A DNA stretch of 23,725 nucleotides, taken from contig JANKJI020000002.1 in NCBI GenBank assembly GCA_024626585.2, positions 119,900,075-119,923,799 on the forward strand, read 5' to 3'. The position numbers and the translations under genes were made by a program. This DNA comes from Ginkgo biloba (taxonomy: Eukaryota; Plantae; Ginkgophyta). Position 1 is the stretch's first letter. Each line of letters opens with the position of its first letter. Below, one piece after another: positions 23,080 through 23,725 of the stretch. The notes under the pieces were generated by a model that was not told where the DNA came from, did no database searches, and saw only the letters and a list, made by a program, of their open reading frames with translations.

Positions 23080-23725
23080 GATAAACCAACTTGCTCCTAT
23101 GTTGGGGTCACCCTCCATGCTCCTTCTTGGGCTTGTCAAATCAATGTCTCTGCCATGCTTGGGACAACTGCAATCAAAATGGCCAATTTAACTAGAACTT
23201 CAAATTCTGGGACGTGTTTCACCAAGTTGGCATGAGATGATTCCGCTCAGCTAACATCCTCCATATCGTGATCGTCCACTTTAGTTTGAATATTAGTTTC
23301 CCTTCATGTTTACACCTCCCGAGTTAGATCATAGACTTACTGAGATGACATTATCTTTGGTGATTCCTTCTTTTGCAAGTCCTATATTGTTTCTTTCATA
23401 GTCTCCAAGTGCTCTTTTTCCACCATCGGCTAGGGATATTACTACTTAGCCTTACTCTAAACCCTGCACAACATATGAATCTTCCTACTTTATCAGCTCG
23501 GTGCGTACGAGATGAGCAACTTTGTCTTTCTACTTTGGGCAGTTGTACTGCACTATCTCCACAACTTTGCACCATCTTGATTCTAATATGCACAATCTTT
23601 TCACAAAATGCCCACACTCTTGACATTTGTAACACTAGACAATCACACGCCCAGATGGGTCATAGCTCACTCGTATTCCCCAAATATCCTAATTTGTCCT
23701 TCCCTTTTGATTGTAGTGAAAATTT
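23080..23725 (-). mobile_element. Ty3/gypsy gag remnant with CCHC zinc knuckle
   Basis: RVSYDPSGRVIV*CYKCQECGHFVK/DC at 23592-23634 (CX2CX4HX4C with a 1-nt frameshift), followed by degenerate coding-like sequence. Confidence 0.6.

Overview
Heavily gapped, AT-rich eukaryotic scaffold of seed-plant type. The old, decayed LTR/LINE remnants and isolated exons suggest a gymnosperm (inference). It has about 20 N-gaps, many exactly 100 N, so contig adjacency is uncertain. Recognisable host-gene pieces are one internal YSL (YSL4/6-like) transporter exon (+, 11833-12005) and an intact, apparently intronless, 3'-truncated FREE1/FYVE1 copy (-, ~15937-17054). Transposon content includes a gag-only Ty3/gypsy LTR element with PBS, PPT and both LTRs (-, ~5490-8589) and a chromovirus 3' end between two diverged LTRs (+, 12797-15544). 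It also includes gypsy integrase, protease and gag-CCHC remnants, an L1 LINE ORF2 remnant and several LTR fragments. The most unusual item is a decayed five-exon gene (-, 19744-21178) that the ORF track largely misses. It has short, phase-consistent introns, weak FYR (FYRN/FYRC)-like motifs and is cut by an LTR. All family assignments come from manual translation and recalled consensus motifs, not from database searches.
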